Assembly (NCBI GenBank): GCA_046045965.1 | Contig: JBJOKS010000006.1 | Coordinates: 64,001 to 128,000 of the forward strand | DNA from: Cyanobacteriota bacterium | Lineage (GTDB): Bacteria > Cyanobacteriota > Cyanobacteriia > Cyanobacteriales > Nostocaceae | Direction of reading: 5' to 3' | DNA length: 64,000 nucleotides | In this document: piece after piece, positions 1-9,887 of the stretch | How positions within the stretch are numbered: the stretch's first letter is position 1 | How the letters are laid out: every line of letters begins with the position of its first letter | The notes under the pieces: generated by a model | Seen by the model: only the letters and a program-made list of their open reading frames with translations | Told to the model about the DNA's origin: nothing | Database searches by the model: none | Made by a program: the position numbers and the translations under genes

Positions 1-89
1 TACCCGTTGCTTTGCATCCTTGGATGTTAACAGATAAGAGGACTTTTGAAGTAGTAGCAGCAGCATTAGATGAACCAATCAGTTATTAG
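1..89 (+). CDS. 3' end of a gene entering the window, probably a lipase/esterase-family alpha/beta hydrolase
   Basis: Frame from nt 3 reads PVALHPWMLTDKRTFEVVAAALDEPISY*. The HPWML motif resembles the C-terminus of small cyanobacterial lipases (recalled, not searched). Confidence 0.55.
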   Translation, partial: PVALHPWMLTDKRTFEVVAAALDEPISY

Positions 90-108
90 TTTTTTCCCCA
101 ATTACCAA

Positions 109-537
109 TTACATATCACCAATTTCTGTATATTCAGAACTGGCAAAAATTGCTTCTGGATAACGATAATATTTAAATTCCATTAAGTTGTAAAAAGGAT
201 CTTCTAAAAAGAAAGTGCGATGTTCTAGGGGAGAACCAATAAAACGGTTTTTGGGTTCTTCTCTAAATTTTAAATCTTTGATTTTTGACCTTTCTAGTAA
301 TTCTTGCCAGTCTTTTTCATGGGTAAAAATTAAACCAAAATGTCGGGGATAAATCGCCTTTTGAGGTGTTAAAGGTTCTTTGGTGATGTGTGCGACTAAT
401 TGATGTCCGTAAAGGTTGAGAATTAACGCATGGGGGTTTTCTCGTCCGGGTATGCAGCCTAAACCATCAACGTAAAAGGCTTTGGTTTGGGGGATGTTGG
501 TGACGGGGAAAGCGAGGTGAAATATGGCTTTGTTCAT
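109..537 (-). CDS. VOC/glyoxalase family protein
   Basis: FHLAFPV, FYVDGLG, HFGL and FFLEDPFYNLMEFK motifs of the VOC fold. Confidence 0.9.
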   Translation of the reverse strand: MNKAIFHLAFPVTNIPQTKAFYVDGLGCIPGRENPHALILNLYGHQLVAHITKEPLTPQKAIYPRHFGLIFTHEKDWQELLERSKIKDLKFREEPKNRFIGSPLEHRTFFLEDPFYNLMEFKYYRYPEAIFASSEYTEIGDM

Positions 538-599
538 GGTGGGAGTGGGTTAGAAGGTACAACTATTTTCAGGTAAATAAACTATATTTTAAATTTTTG

Positions 600-634
600 G
601 TTTACAATAAATATACTAACACAAATTTGTAAAC
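600..634. promoter_or_regulatory. Inverted repeat GTTTACAA-N19-TTGTAAAC, candidate autoregulatory operator of the XRE-IrrE gene
   Basis: Perfect 8-bp arms ending 11 nt upstream of the ATG at 646, with TATACT between the arms. Confidence 0.45.
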
Positions 635-645
635 TAACCACCGTA

Positions 646-1743
646 ATGATTGGCACTCGTATTAAACTAGCTCGAAAAAAAGCGGGTTACTCACTGCGTG
701 GTTTAGCCGAAGCTATGGGTGGCAAAGTTTCCGCACAAGCTATAGGTAAATATGAACGCGGTGAAATGACTCCTAGTTCTGATGTTTTGATTGCTTTAAG
801 CAAAGCATTGGGGGTGACATTGGCTTACTTAATGGATAGTCAAGGAATTGAATTAACTGCTGTTGATTTTCGTACCAAAGCAAGCACCACTGCAAAAGAT
901 CGCGCCCGTGTGGAAACGGAAGTGATTGAATGGGTAGAAAGATACTTGCAAATTGAGCAGATTTTGGAACTGGAAGGTAATAATTGGAAACAACCTTTTG
1001 AGCAACTAAAAGTAATTCATTCTATTGAGGAATCAGAAGATTTAGCTAATAGTTTACGCAATCATTGGAAACTAGGTCTTGATCCGATTCCTAATATGAC
1101 GGAACTTTTAGAAGAGAAAGGCTTAAAAGTTCTGATTGTTGATTTACCAAATGCGGTTTCTGGTTTTACTTGTCTGGTAAAAAGACCAACAGGTTTATGT
1201 GATTTACCTGTAATTGTTGTTAATAAAAAATCTTCCTTGGAGCGTAGAAGACTAACTCTTGCTCATGAATTATGTCATCGGTTGATTGATCCTCAATATT
1301 TATCTGATAAAGATGAAGAAAAAGCAGCAACTAGATTTGCGGGAGCTTTTTTGATGCCTTGTTTTTATTTAGAAAAGGAAGTAGGTAAACATCGCCATTC
1401 TTTAGGGTATCAAGAATTGATTTACCTGAAAAGAATGTACCGGGTGAGTGGTGCAGCTTTACTTGTACGTTTACGGGACATTGGTATTATTGACTCTTCT
1501 GTTCTTACCTATATGTTTCAATCTGTGGCGAGAAATTGGCGTACTCAAGAACCAGAGGAATTAGAACCTGAAAATAAAAGAGGTGAGTATGAACAACCGA
1601 GACGTTTTGAGAGGTTGTGTTATCGTGCTTTAGCTGAAGATTTGATTTCATTATTTAAGGCTTCAGAACTGTTACGTACAAGGGTAGAAAATGTCGAAAT
1701 TGGTTTGAAGGGACCACAGTTATCAGATGCAAATTCTCGTTAG
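646..1743 (+). CDS. XRE-family HTH fused to ImmA/IrrE (DUF955) zinc metallopeptidase
   Basis: N-terminal HTH (RIKLARKKAGYSLRGLAEAM...IGKYERGE). RRRLTLAHELCH carries an intact HExxH, followed by AGAFLMP. Confidence 0.92.
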   Translation: MIGTRIKLARKKAGYSLRGLAEAMGGKVSAQAIGKYERGEMTPSSDVLIALSKALGVTLAYLMDSQGIELTAVDFRTKASTTAKDRARVETEVIEWVERYLQIEQILELEGNNWKQPFEQLKVIHSIEESEDLANSLRNHWKLGLDPIPNMTELLEEKGLKVLIVDLPNAVSGFTCLVKRPTGLCDLPVIVVNKKSSLERRRLTLAHELCHRLIDPQYLSDKDEEKAATRFAGAFLMPCFYLEKEVGKHRHSLGYQELIYLKRMYRVSGAALLVRLRDIGIIDSSVLTYMFQSVARNWRTQEPEELEPENKRGEYEQPRRFERLCYRALAEDLISLFKASELLRTRVENVEIGLKGPQLSDANSR

Positions 1744-1780
1744 TGATACATCCTGTTTAATTGATCTGCGTAAATTCTGA
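1727..1780 (+). pseudogene. Truncated N-terminus of a PIN-domain gene
   Basis: ATG overlapping the end of the upstream gene reads MQILVSDTSCLIDLRKF*, a typical first PIN strand/helix (hhhDTSxLIDL), then stops after 17 codons. Confidence 0.65.
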
Positions 1781-1857
1781 TCCATAGTTGGTATCTGATA
1801 GAGAAAATATGTGTATACTAAATAATAGTTTTTATTCATCCCGATGGAGATAACAAA

Positions 1858-2058
1858 ATGAATATGCAGCCAGTAAGATCAAGAGCCATCAGTGCTGTTG
1901 GATATGATGAAACAACTAGGCGTATGAAAATTCAATTCACTAACAGAGGAACATACGACTTCTGTAATGTTCCAAAAGATATATATGAAGGTTTGTTATT
2001 AGCTGATTCTAAGGGAACGTATTACCATAACCATATAAGAGATAGATATCAGTGTTAG
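1858..2058 (+). CDS. KTSC domain protein
   Basis: SRAISAVGYD...IQF...Y.F.NVP..IYEGLL.A.SKG.YY...IR..Y KTSC pattern, GGAG RBS. Confidence 0.9.
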   Translation: MNMQPVRSRAISAVGYDETTRRMKIQFTNRGTYDFCNVPKDIYEGLLLADSKGTYYHNHIRDRYQC

Positions 2059-2145
2059 TGATATCGCCATTTTTATGAGGACTGGGTAAATTGTCAAGCG
2101 ATCGCATTTTCCTAAAAAACCCACTTTATTACCTATAATAAATAC

Positions 2146-2275
2146 ATAGGATGTAGCAGACATGGTTTAAACATGACATCCCGTTACCTTAAAGGTCGAG
2201 GAAATCCGGTAAAGACGTTCTGAATACCAAAATTTAATTTATTTTTTGGCGAGGACTCCTGAAGGAGTCTTTGTT
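2146..2275 (+). ncRNA. Candidate structured small RNA
   Basis: TATAAT at 2134-2139. Stems GGATGT/ACATCC, CATG/CATG, TTACC/GGTAA and CCAAAA/TTTTGG, then a terminator-like GACTCC-TGAA-GGAGTC-TTT. No sizeable ORF. Confidence 0.4.
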
Positions 2276-2387
2276 ATTGAAGGGGTTGATAATTTTTGAT
2301 TATGAAAATAGTTTTTGAAGTTTTTTACTATAACGCCATTCCAATATATTAAGATCAAATAGTGCTATATATTTAGAGACGATTATT

Positions 2388-2615
2388 ATGACGTTACATG
2401 AACTTCAAGATCAAGCACTAAAATTATCTGTTGAAGAACGTTTAAAATTAATCAATATCCTAACTCGCTCTCTCCTACCAAAAACACATTCAGCCACAAA
2501 ACCAAAAGGTTTAGCTGCAAGTTTAATTGGTATTGCCAAAACAGACACAGCACCACCTACAGATGAAGAGGTGAAAGCTTTACTAAATGAAAGGTTGGCG
2601 CAAAAATATTTATAA
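2388..2615 (+). CDS. Putative antitoxin (small protein coupled to the PIN gene)
   Basis: 75 aa, LQDQALKLSVEERLKLI N-terminus. Its TAA overlaps the ATG of the PIN gene. Confidence 0.7.
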   Translation: MTLHELQDQALKLSVEERLKLINILTRSLLPKTHSATKPKGLAASLIGIAKTDTAPPTDEEVKALLNERLAQKYL

Positions 2616-3028
2616 TGAAAGTTCTATTTGATACTAATGTTTTATTAGATGCTTTGTTAGCGCGTGAACCTTTTGTAACTGATGCTGCATTTTTACTAGA
2701 AGCAGTTGAATTAGGACAAATTGAAGGATTTATTTCAGCGACAACAGTAACAGATGTGCATTACTTGGTTGGACGACATACTAAAAGTTCTGAAATTGCA
2801 ATTACAGCAGTAACTCAATTGTTAGAATTAATGGAGGTTTGTGCAGTAGATCGCGGAGTGCTTGAGCAAGCTATAGAATTAAAATTAGCTGACTTTGAAG
2901 ATGCGGTACAAGTAGCATCTGCGATTAAATGGGGATTGGAAGCAATTGTTACTCGTGATGCGAGTGGATTTGAAGGTTCACCAATTTTAGTGATGTCACC
3001 TCAAGAACTAAAAAATCGGTTAATTTAA
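2615..3028 (+). CDS. PIN-domain (VapC-like) toxin
   Basis: VLFDTNVLLD, DFEDAVQ and IVTRD acidic PIN motifs. Confidence 0.9.
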   Translation: MKVLFDTNVLLDALLAREPFVTDAAFLLEAVELGQIEGFISATTVTDVHYLVGRHTKSSEIAITAVTQLLELMEVCAVDRGVLEQAIELKLADFEDAVQVASAIKWGLEAIVTRDASGFEGSPILVMSPQELKNRLI

Positions 3029-3106
3029 CAATGGTTAGGTAGTGAGAAGTTTACGCAGTGAGTCATTGTAAACTTACAGAAGTTCATACTCTGCTTCTCA
3101 CCAAAA

Positions 3107-3891
3107 ATGAAGACAAACACCATATTTTACACCCTCCTACAAAACCTCCCCAGCGTCTTATTTGAACTGCTGGAAAAACCACCCCAACTAGCTACTATGA
3201 ATTTTCATCAGTGGAAATCAAAGAACTAGCACGTCGCATAGATGGTGTATTTCTACCCAAACCAGAATACCCAGAAGATCCCATTTATTTTGTCGAAGTT
3301 CAATTTCAAAATGATGATGATTTATACGGGCGATTAATTACTGAAGTATTTCTCTCTTTAAACCAGTATAAACCTGATAAAAAATAGCAAGCTGTAGTAT
3401 TGTGGGCTAAACGTAGTCTTGATCCAGGTATTCCCTTTGCTTATCAAACTTCACTGCAAGAGGGACAAATTCATGTAATTTATTTAGATGAATTAACAGA
3501 TACATCATCTTCTATTGGTTTAGGAATTATTAAATTAGTAGTTGCACCAGAAGAGGAAGCAGTACAAACAGCGAGAAGTTTAATAAGTTTGGTACAACAA
3601 GCAGATGCGGCCAAGAGTCGTTATCTTTTAGAATTAGTAGAAAGGATGCTAATTTACAAGTTTTCCACCTATACCCCTCATGAGTTAGAAGCAATGTTTG
3701 GATTAACAGAATGGCGACAAACCAGATTTTATCAAGAAGTTCAGGAAGAAACTCAGCTAAAAACTAAGTTAGAAGCAATTCCTCGTCTTTTGAAAATGGG
3801 GTTGAGTGTAGAACAAATTGCCGAAGCACTCGAATTAAACATTGAAGTAGTGCAACAAGCAATAAAACAGCAAAGTAAAAAAGAATCTTAA
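3107..3891 (+). pseudogene. Rpn-family (DUF2887-type, PD-(D/E)XK) nuclease/putative transposase pseudogene
   Basis: MKTNTIFYTLLQNLPSVLFELL, then a frameshift near 3190 into YEFSSVEIKELARRIDGVF...FVEVQFQ. In-frame TAG at 3385-3387. C-terminus LLKMGLSVEQIAEAL is intact. Confidence 0.85.
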
Positions 3892-4047
3892 ATAGCAATT
3901 TTCAGGATTTAGCAGTCAGATTTTTATTATGACACCAAAAATCAATCGTGGAGAATATACTGATTGATAAACAATTCTGACTCCTGACTTCTGAATTCTT
4001 ATATTCGAGTATCATAAAAAACTGAAAATACTCATACCTCATTAACA

Positions 4048-4806
4048 ATGTTATCTTTACTTGATTCCATAAATCCCTGGTTAGTAGGTGCAGGTTTAAA
4101 CGCGATTTTGTTGGGAATAGTCGCCATAATTCCCAAAAAATTGCTCACTCCTGCGGGAATATTCCATGCTTGGTTATTGGGTGTAATTATTTGGGGAACA
4201 CTAGGCTGGCCAGGATATTTAGTGGTAGTGTTTTATTTTATCGTCGGTTCTGGGGTGACGCGCATCGGGATGGCGCAAAAGGAAGCAGCAGGAATTGCGG
4301 AAAAACGCTCTGGTGCTAGGGGTCCTGAAAATGTTTGGGGTTCGGCGTTAATTGCGGCTTTGTGTGCTGTGGGAGTGTTGCTTGTACCTGATTTAAAGTT
4401 TTTACTCTGTTTGGGCTATGTAGCGAGTTTTAGCACCAAATTATCGGACACGACAGCGAGTGAAGTGGGTAAAGCTTATGGAAAGCGTACCTTTTTGATT
4501 ACGACGCTGCAACCTGTTGCTAGAGGTACAGAAGGGGCGGTAAGCTTAGAAGGGACTTTAGCGGGTGTAGTTGGATCAGTAGCGATCGCTCTTGTCGGTT
4601 GGGGTGTAAATTTCATAGATATCTTAGGAATTGTTTGGTGTGTAATTGCCGCATTTATCGCTACAAATTTAGAAAGTGTAATTGGTGCAACATTACAATC
4701 TAAATATACTTGGCTTACCAACGAACTTGTTAATATCTTAAATACCCTTATTGGGGCGGTTGCAGCAATTATTCTGGCTGTAACTTGGCAAATGATATTT
4801 GTTTAA
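4048..4806 (+). CDS. TIGR00297/DUF92 membrane protein
   Basis: Multiple TM segments with RGPENVWGS, KLSDTTASEVG and GTEGAVSLEGT motifs. Confidence 0.9.
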   Translation: MLSLLDSINPWLVGAGLNAILLGIVAIIPKKLLTPAGIFHAWLLGVIIWGTLGWPGYLVVVFYFIVGSGVTRIGMAQKEAAGIAEKRSGARGPENVWGSALIAALCAVGVLLVPDLKFLLCLGYVASFSTKLSDTTASEVGKAYGKRTFLITTLQPVARGTEGAVSLEGTLAGVVGSVAIALVGWGVNFIDILGIVWCVIAAFIATNLESVIGATLQSKYTWLTNELVNILNTLIGAVAAIILAVTWQMIFV

Positions 4807-4833
4807 AAAGCTACTAATAAACCAAATCTATTC

Positions 4834-4858
4834 AACAGCAAATCTGCTGTTTTTTTTG
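4834..4858 (+). terminator. Rho-independent terminator
   Basis: AACAGCA-AATC-TGCTGTT hairpin followed by a T run, downstream of the DUF92 gene. Confidence 0.6.
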
Positions 4859-5063
4859 TATTTATTGCAACATAATATACGACTGTTCCCGTTGAAAACA
4901 ACACTCACTGTTAATGAGTTTTATGTAAATTTTATAATTATTTATTTTTCCCGTAACTTATTCATAGAATCTTTATCATTATGAACCGTATTTTTCTACG
5001 GTTTTATCTATTATTTAATGGAAAACTTGTATATATTTTTAGTGTTTTCCTCACATTTATTTC

Positions 5064-5822
5064 ATGGAATCTTCATCATTTTTCACAGTTAATGACGAAC
5101 AAATCGACCTTCATCAAGTAGTCAAGTATTTACAAGTGTCTGGTAAACTGAATCAGTTTATTAGTGATGTTCTGCGTCAATACATCTTAGAAAAAGAGCT
5201 AGAAAGCAGAAATGACATAGATATCAGTACAGCATTAATTGAACAAGCAATTATTGATTTTCGGTTAAAAAATCAACTCACAGATCCTGATCATTTCCAA
5301 GCTTGGTTAAAAAATAATGGTACTGACTATGCCACCTTTTATGAGTCAGTTACCTTTAGCTTCAAATTAGAAAAACTGAAAGCAGTAATTTCCGAACAAA
5401 ACCTACCAGAATACTTTATTGAAAGGAAGATTTATTTAGATAGAGTTGTACTTTCGCGAATAATGGTTGATAACCGAGAACTAGCGGAAGAATTACATAC
5501 TCAAATTGAAGAAGGAAGCAGTTTTGAACAACTAGCAAAAGAGTATTCATTGGCAGATGAAAAAACCTTTAATGGTATGATGGGTCCCATTAGTCGGGGT
5601 AGTTTACCGGATATTTTGCGTGCATCTGTGGATGCTGCTACTCCTGGACAATTGATTGGACCAATTGACCTAGAAGGACGTTTTAGTTTATTTAGATTAG
5701 AACAAATTCTACCTGCATCTTTAGAAAATACTCAACTAAAACAATCACTACAAAATGAGTTATTTGAGAAATGGCTAGGGGAGAAAATTCAAAACCTGAC
5801 AGTGAAATTACAAGTGAGCTAA
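5064..5822 (+). CDS. PpiC/parvulin-type peptidylprolyl isomerase associated with T1SS
   Basis: SFEQLAKEYS...GMMG rotamase motif, directly upstream of an HlyB-type ABC gene. Confidence 0.85.
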   Translation: MESSSFFTVNDEQIDLHQVVKYLQVSGKLNQFISDVLRQYILEKELESRNDIDISTALIEQAIIDFRLKNQLTDPDHFQAWLKNNGTDYATFYESVTFSFKLEKLKAVISEQNLPEYFIERKIYLDRVVLSRIMVDNRELAEELHTQIEEGSSFEQLAKEYSLADEKTFNGMMGPISRGSLPDILRASVDAATPGQLIGPIDLEGRFSLFRLEQILPASLENTQLKQSLQNELFEKWLGEKIQNLTVKLQVS

Positions 5823-8434
5823 ATACTCTGAATTATCAATCTTTAAGAATAAATGTGCTAGATGCTTTACCTTGGGAAAAACCACCATTATCCTGGTTGA
5901 CTCCTGAACAACAAACGGAGTTAAAAAATCAATTAGAAATTCGTCAATATCAACTTGGCGAAAAAATTTGGTCACAGGAAACAGGAGGATATCAGTTTTT
6001 TATTGTTACTGGTAAAGTCCGTCTACGCCAAGAAGGTGAAAGCAAACCTGTAGCGACTTTACAGGATGGAGATTGGTTTGGCGATTTGCAACAGTTATTT
6101 ACTAATTGTAAGGCTGTAGCTGCTAGTAAGGAAGTGGTAATTGTGTGTTGGAATTCATCACTTTGGGCAAAGTTTTCTCATCCTCAAATTGATGAATTTT
6201 GGAATTTTAAAGATGACAAACAAGGTGACAGAGGAAAGATAAAAGAAGAAGAAACTTCTACTTCATCTACTTCATCTACTTCATCCTCTTCACTGTCACC
6301 TGTCACCTCTCACCTATTACCTTCATATCCTTTTGTAGCAAATGGAAATACTGCTGCTGCTTGTTTAACAATGGTGGCGCAACATTTAAACAATGCTGTG
6401 CAACTGGAATGGGTGCAACGTCAACTGCGGGGACAACACCCTAAAAATGTGACAGAAACAGCAGAAAAATTAGGGTTAGTTTTGCGGAAGTTGCAAGTAA
6501 GTTGGGGTGAATTACGACAGTTATCATTTCCAGCTTTATTAATGTGGAAATCTGAATCTATTAGCAGTTGGGTTGTAGCTTATGGGATGAAAGGTAATTG
6601 TTTAATTATTGCCAATCCTCTCAATTTTGAATGTGAATATTTAACCCAATCAGTAGTAGAATATTGCTGGGATGGTAAATTATGGCAAGCAGAATTAATT
6701 TCCAAACAAGAAAAATTTAATCTTTCTTGGTTTACTCCCGCAGTTTGGAAATATCGGGTATTATTAGGTGAAGTATTACTGGCTTCCTTCACTTTACAAT
6801 TGTTGGGTTTAACTTCACCATTAATTACCCAAGTTATCATTGATAAAGTGATGGTACAGGAGAGTTTAGCAACTCTCGATGTCATGGCGATCGCACTTTT
6901 GTTAGTCGCTATATTTGAATCTATTCTGGGTATTCTCCGACTCTTCATTTTTACCCACACAGCACGGCGTTTAGATTTGAGTTTATCAGCCCAACTTTTT
7001 CGCCATTTAATGCGTTTACCTTTGGCTTATTTTGAGTCGAGAAGAGTGGGAGATACGGTAGCTAGAGTCCAGGAATTAGAACAAATTCGCCAATTTCTCA
7101 CAGGTACAGCTTTAACAGTAATTCTCGATAGTATCTTTGCTGTGGTGTATTTGGGATTGATGTTTTATTACAACATTCCCTTGACCTTTGTAGCTTTAGC
7201 CGTATTACCATTATTCGCGACTTTAACAATTGTCGCTACACCAATTTTAAGAAATTGGTTAAATGAAACTTTTAACCGCAGTGCTGACAGTCAATCATTT
7301 TTAGTAGAGACTGTTACAGGTATTCATTCGGTTAAAGCTCATGCTGCTGAACCAGTAGCCAGAGAACGCTGGGAAGGCTTATTTGCTAGGTTTATCCGCA
7401 CTGGTTTTAAAGCTTCCACCACATCAAATATTAGCAGTAATATTGGTGATTTTCTCACTAATTTTTCGACATTGTTAATACTCTGGTTTGGTGCAAGACT
7501 AGTCATTGATCATCAACTCACAGTTGGTCAATTAATCGCTTTTCAAATGTTATCTGGGCGAGTGACAGGACCTTTATTGCGCCTAGTGCAGTTATGGCAA
7601 AGTCTCCAACAGGTACTATTATCAGTAGATCGTATTGGTGATATTCTTAACGCTGCACCAGAAGCAGAAGCTGGAACAGGTTTAGTATTACCACCCCTCA
7701 AAGGTGAAGTGAATTTTGATCAAGTTTTCTTCCGCTATAGTGCTAATACCGAACCTGTATTAAAAGGAATTTCCTTTGATATCAAACCAGGGCAATTTGT
7801 AGGAATTGTGGGACGTAGCGGTTCTGGTAAAAGTACACTTTCCAAACTTTTGCAACGCCTTTATCAAATTGAATCAGGACGCATTTTGATAGATGGTTTT
7901 GATCTCAAAAGTTGTGATTTAGCTTCTTTAAGGCAACAAATTGCTGTAGTTCTCCAAGAAGACTTTTTATTTAATGGTTCTATCTTGGAAAACATCAGTT
8001 TAGGAAATCCAGATATTACCGCTGAACAAGTTGTAGAAGCTGCGAGATTAGCAGTAGCACACGATTTTATTAGTCAACTAACTTATGGTTATGAAAGCAA
8101 TGTTGGGGAAAGAGGTACAGCTTTATCTGGTGGACAAAGACAAAGAATAGCTTTAGCAAGGTTGTTTCTTTCTTCTGCACCAATTTTGATTTTAGATGAA
8201 GCAACTAGCGCCTTAGATAGTGAAACTGAACAGCAAGTATTACAAAACTTACAAAAGGTTTCTGCTAACCGTACCGTGTTTTTAATTGCTCACCGTTTTG
8301 CACCTTTAAAACGCGCAGATTTAATATTAGTCATGGAAAAAGGTATCATTGCTGAACGGGGTACACACGCGGGTTTATTGCAACAAAAAGGTTTGTACTG
8401 GTCACTTTATCAAAGACAACAGGCGAATATTTAA
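5771..8434 (+). CDS. Type I secretion ABC transporter (cNMP-binding, C39-like, TMD and NBD domains; HlyB type)
   Basis: Walker A GRSGSGKST, LSGGQRQR signature, ILDEATSALD and FESRRVGD. The C39-like segment NTAAACLTMV lacks the DCG Cys. The true start may be slightly downstream. Confidence 0.92.
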   Translation: MARGENSKPDSEITSELNTLNYQSLRINVLDALPWEKPPLSWLTPEQQTELKNQLEIRQYQLGEKIWSQETGGYQFFIVTGKVRLRQEGESKPVATLQDGDWFGDLQQLFTNCKAVAASKEVVIVCWNSSLWAKFSHPQIDEFWNFKDDKQGDRGKIKEEETSTSSTSSTSSSSLSPVTSHLLPSYPFVANGNTAAACLTMVAQHLNNAVQLEWVQRQLRGQHPKNVTETAEKLGLVLRKLQVSWGELRQLSFPALLMWKSESISSWVVAYGMKGNCLIIANPLNFECEYLTQSVVEYCWDGKLWQAELISKQEKFNLSWFTPAVWKYRVLLGEVLLASFTLQLLGLTSPLITQVIIDKVMVQESLATLDVMAIALLLVAIFESILGILRLFIFTHTARRLDLSLSAQLFRHLMRLPLAYFESRRVGDTVARVQELEQIRQFLTGTALTVILDSIFAVVYLGLMFYYNIPLTFVALAVLPLFATLTIVATPILRNWLNETFNRSADSQSFLVETVTGIHSVKAHAAEPVARERWEGLFARFIRTGFKASTTSNISSNIGDFLTNFSTLLILWFGARLVIDHQLTVGQLIAFQMLSGRVTGPLLRLVQLWQSLQQVLLSVDRIGDILNAAPEAEAGTGLVLPPLKGEVNFDQVFFRYSANTEPVLKGISFDIKPGQFVGIVGRSGSGKSTLSKLLQRLYQIESGRILIDGFDLKSCDLASLRQQIAVVLQEDFLFNGSILENISLGNPDITAEQVVEAARLAVAHDFISQLTYGYESNVGERGTALSGGQRQRIALARLFLSSAPILILDEATSALDSETEQQVLQNLQKVSANRTVFLIAHRFAPLKRADLILVMEKGIIAERGTHAGLLQQKGLYWSLYQRQQANI

Positions 8435-8645
8435 GTTGGAGATATTCGTCATATCCCGATCCTTGGCTTCTTCAAGAAGTCGGGGATCTATTTTCTATTT
8501 TCTATTTTCTGCATTGGGGAAAAAGTGACGTTGTATGAGAAAATAATAGAAACAACCTCACTCTTGGAATTTCATGTCTTCTTGGTAAAAATGTAAGCAT
8601 TCATCTGAGACATAAAGGTTGAATACTTACCAATATAAATAAATC

Positions 8646-8945
8646 TCAAAATGATGGATTATGTTGATCATCCCAACATTGATCATTTCGCCAAATTCTA
8701 CCTGTTGATTCACATTTTTCCTTGTCTTTAATACCAGGAATTGAGGTAGGGTGAATAGTGTTTAAGTTGGATGTAACAGAGGATATCATGAAAGAACCTG
8801 TATAAAAACCACAAAATATTAAAGTTCCAAAAAAAAAGGTAAAGCTGACACATTTAACAGCAAATAGAACAGAAAAGTTACCTTGTATACGAGATGGTGT
8901 AAAGCGCATATATTTCCTGAGTGTGGTGTTGATGGTAGATAACAC
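8646..8945 (-). CDS. Small membrane protein, paralog of the C-terminal half of 14752-15249
   Basis: TM segment followed by PTSIPGI..KEKCE..GRIW....CWDDQHNPSF. Confidence 0.7.
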   Translation of the reverse strand: MLSTINTTLRKYMRFTPSRIQGNFSVLFAVKCVSFTFFFGTLIFCGFYTGSFMISSVTSNLNTIHPTSIPGIKDKEKCESTGRIWRNDQCWDDQHNPSF

Positions 8946-9121
8946 CTTGAGAATGTTTACGCGCTGATTAATTTGACTTGCAGAATTTATTTATCGCAGA
9001 AAACCTGAGTTATTTCTGTTGAATATTTATCATATTTGTGAGGGCAGGGAATAGGTAAATAATTCAAAATTCCAACTTAAAAAGTTTGACTCCTGACTCC
9101 TGACTCCTCAATTGTGAATTT

Positions 9122-9553
9122 CTATAAAGTGGAATTGAGGTTAAAAATTTCTAAAATTTGCCGACAAATTTCTTTGAGTTTTTCGCCAACAGCAGGGGAA
9201 GGTAAGGACTCACCCACAAAACTCCATTGGTCTACGGTGGAAAGTCGCCATGCTTGGCCACGATGATCAAATCCTGATACTTCAATGCCAATAGCTCGCC
9301 GAGATTTATTGATAGGATCTTGATAAAAACGGATTTGAATTAAAACACTGCGACTGCGCCAAGATCGGCTGATTCCGGGAAAGTGAAAACCGATGTCGAT
9401 GGAATCAGGATCTACGAGTTCCCTGGTTTCTGGGTCATTATGCCAAGGTTTAAGATCGGATTTGGCATCAGGAAACTCTAATTTGAACAAATTTACTACA
9501 GTAGCAATCTTGCTGGCTAGTTCAAGGTTTGTTGCCTGTTCAGCTGCATTCAC
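9122..9553 (-). CDS. Conserved cyanobacterial hypothetical protein
   Basis: 143-aa ORF with GTG start and AGGAG RBS. No function recognised. Confidence 0.75.
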   Translation of the reverse strand: MNAAEQATNLELASKIATVVNLFKLEFPDAKSDLKPWHNDPETRELVDPDSIDIGFHFPGISRSWRSRSVLIQIRFYQDPINKSRRAIGIEVSGFDHRGQAWRLSTVDQWSFVGESLPSPAVGEKLKEICRQILEIFNLNSTL

Positions 9554-9887
9554 GTGAAAACTCTCCTAATATTGCATCGCCCTGTGGGGGATGTGAAAAC
9601 AGAAAAACCGCCAGAAGGCTTATCTTATTAGTGTTTCAGCTTATCAAGAAGATTGGAAATTTAGCAACTGTGAATTATGATTTCCTCACATTTATTTGAG
9701 TAATTGTGCTTAAAAAATGCCCCGAAATACCAAAAACTCTGCCTTTTGGCTGGGTGTGCCAAAATTTCTTCCTGGTGGAAGTAGAAAATTTTCTGCAAAA
9801 ACTTTCACTGGCAGGAACGAGAAATTACACTAGCGATCTAAAATGACACTGTAAATCGGTAAACAAACAGCAAATTAATTTCCGTTT

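Noticed and set aside
4799..4984. 61-aa ORF after the DUF92 gene
   Set aside because: Runs through a terminator hairpin and AT-rich promoter DNA.
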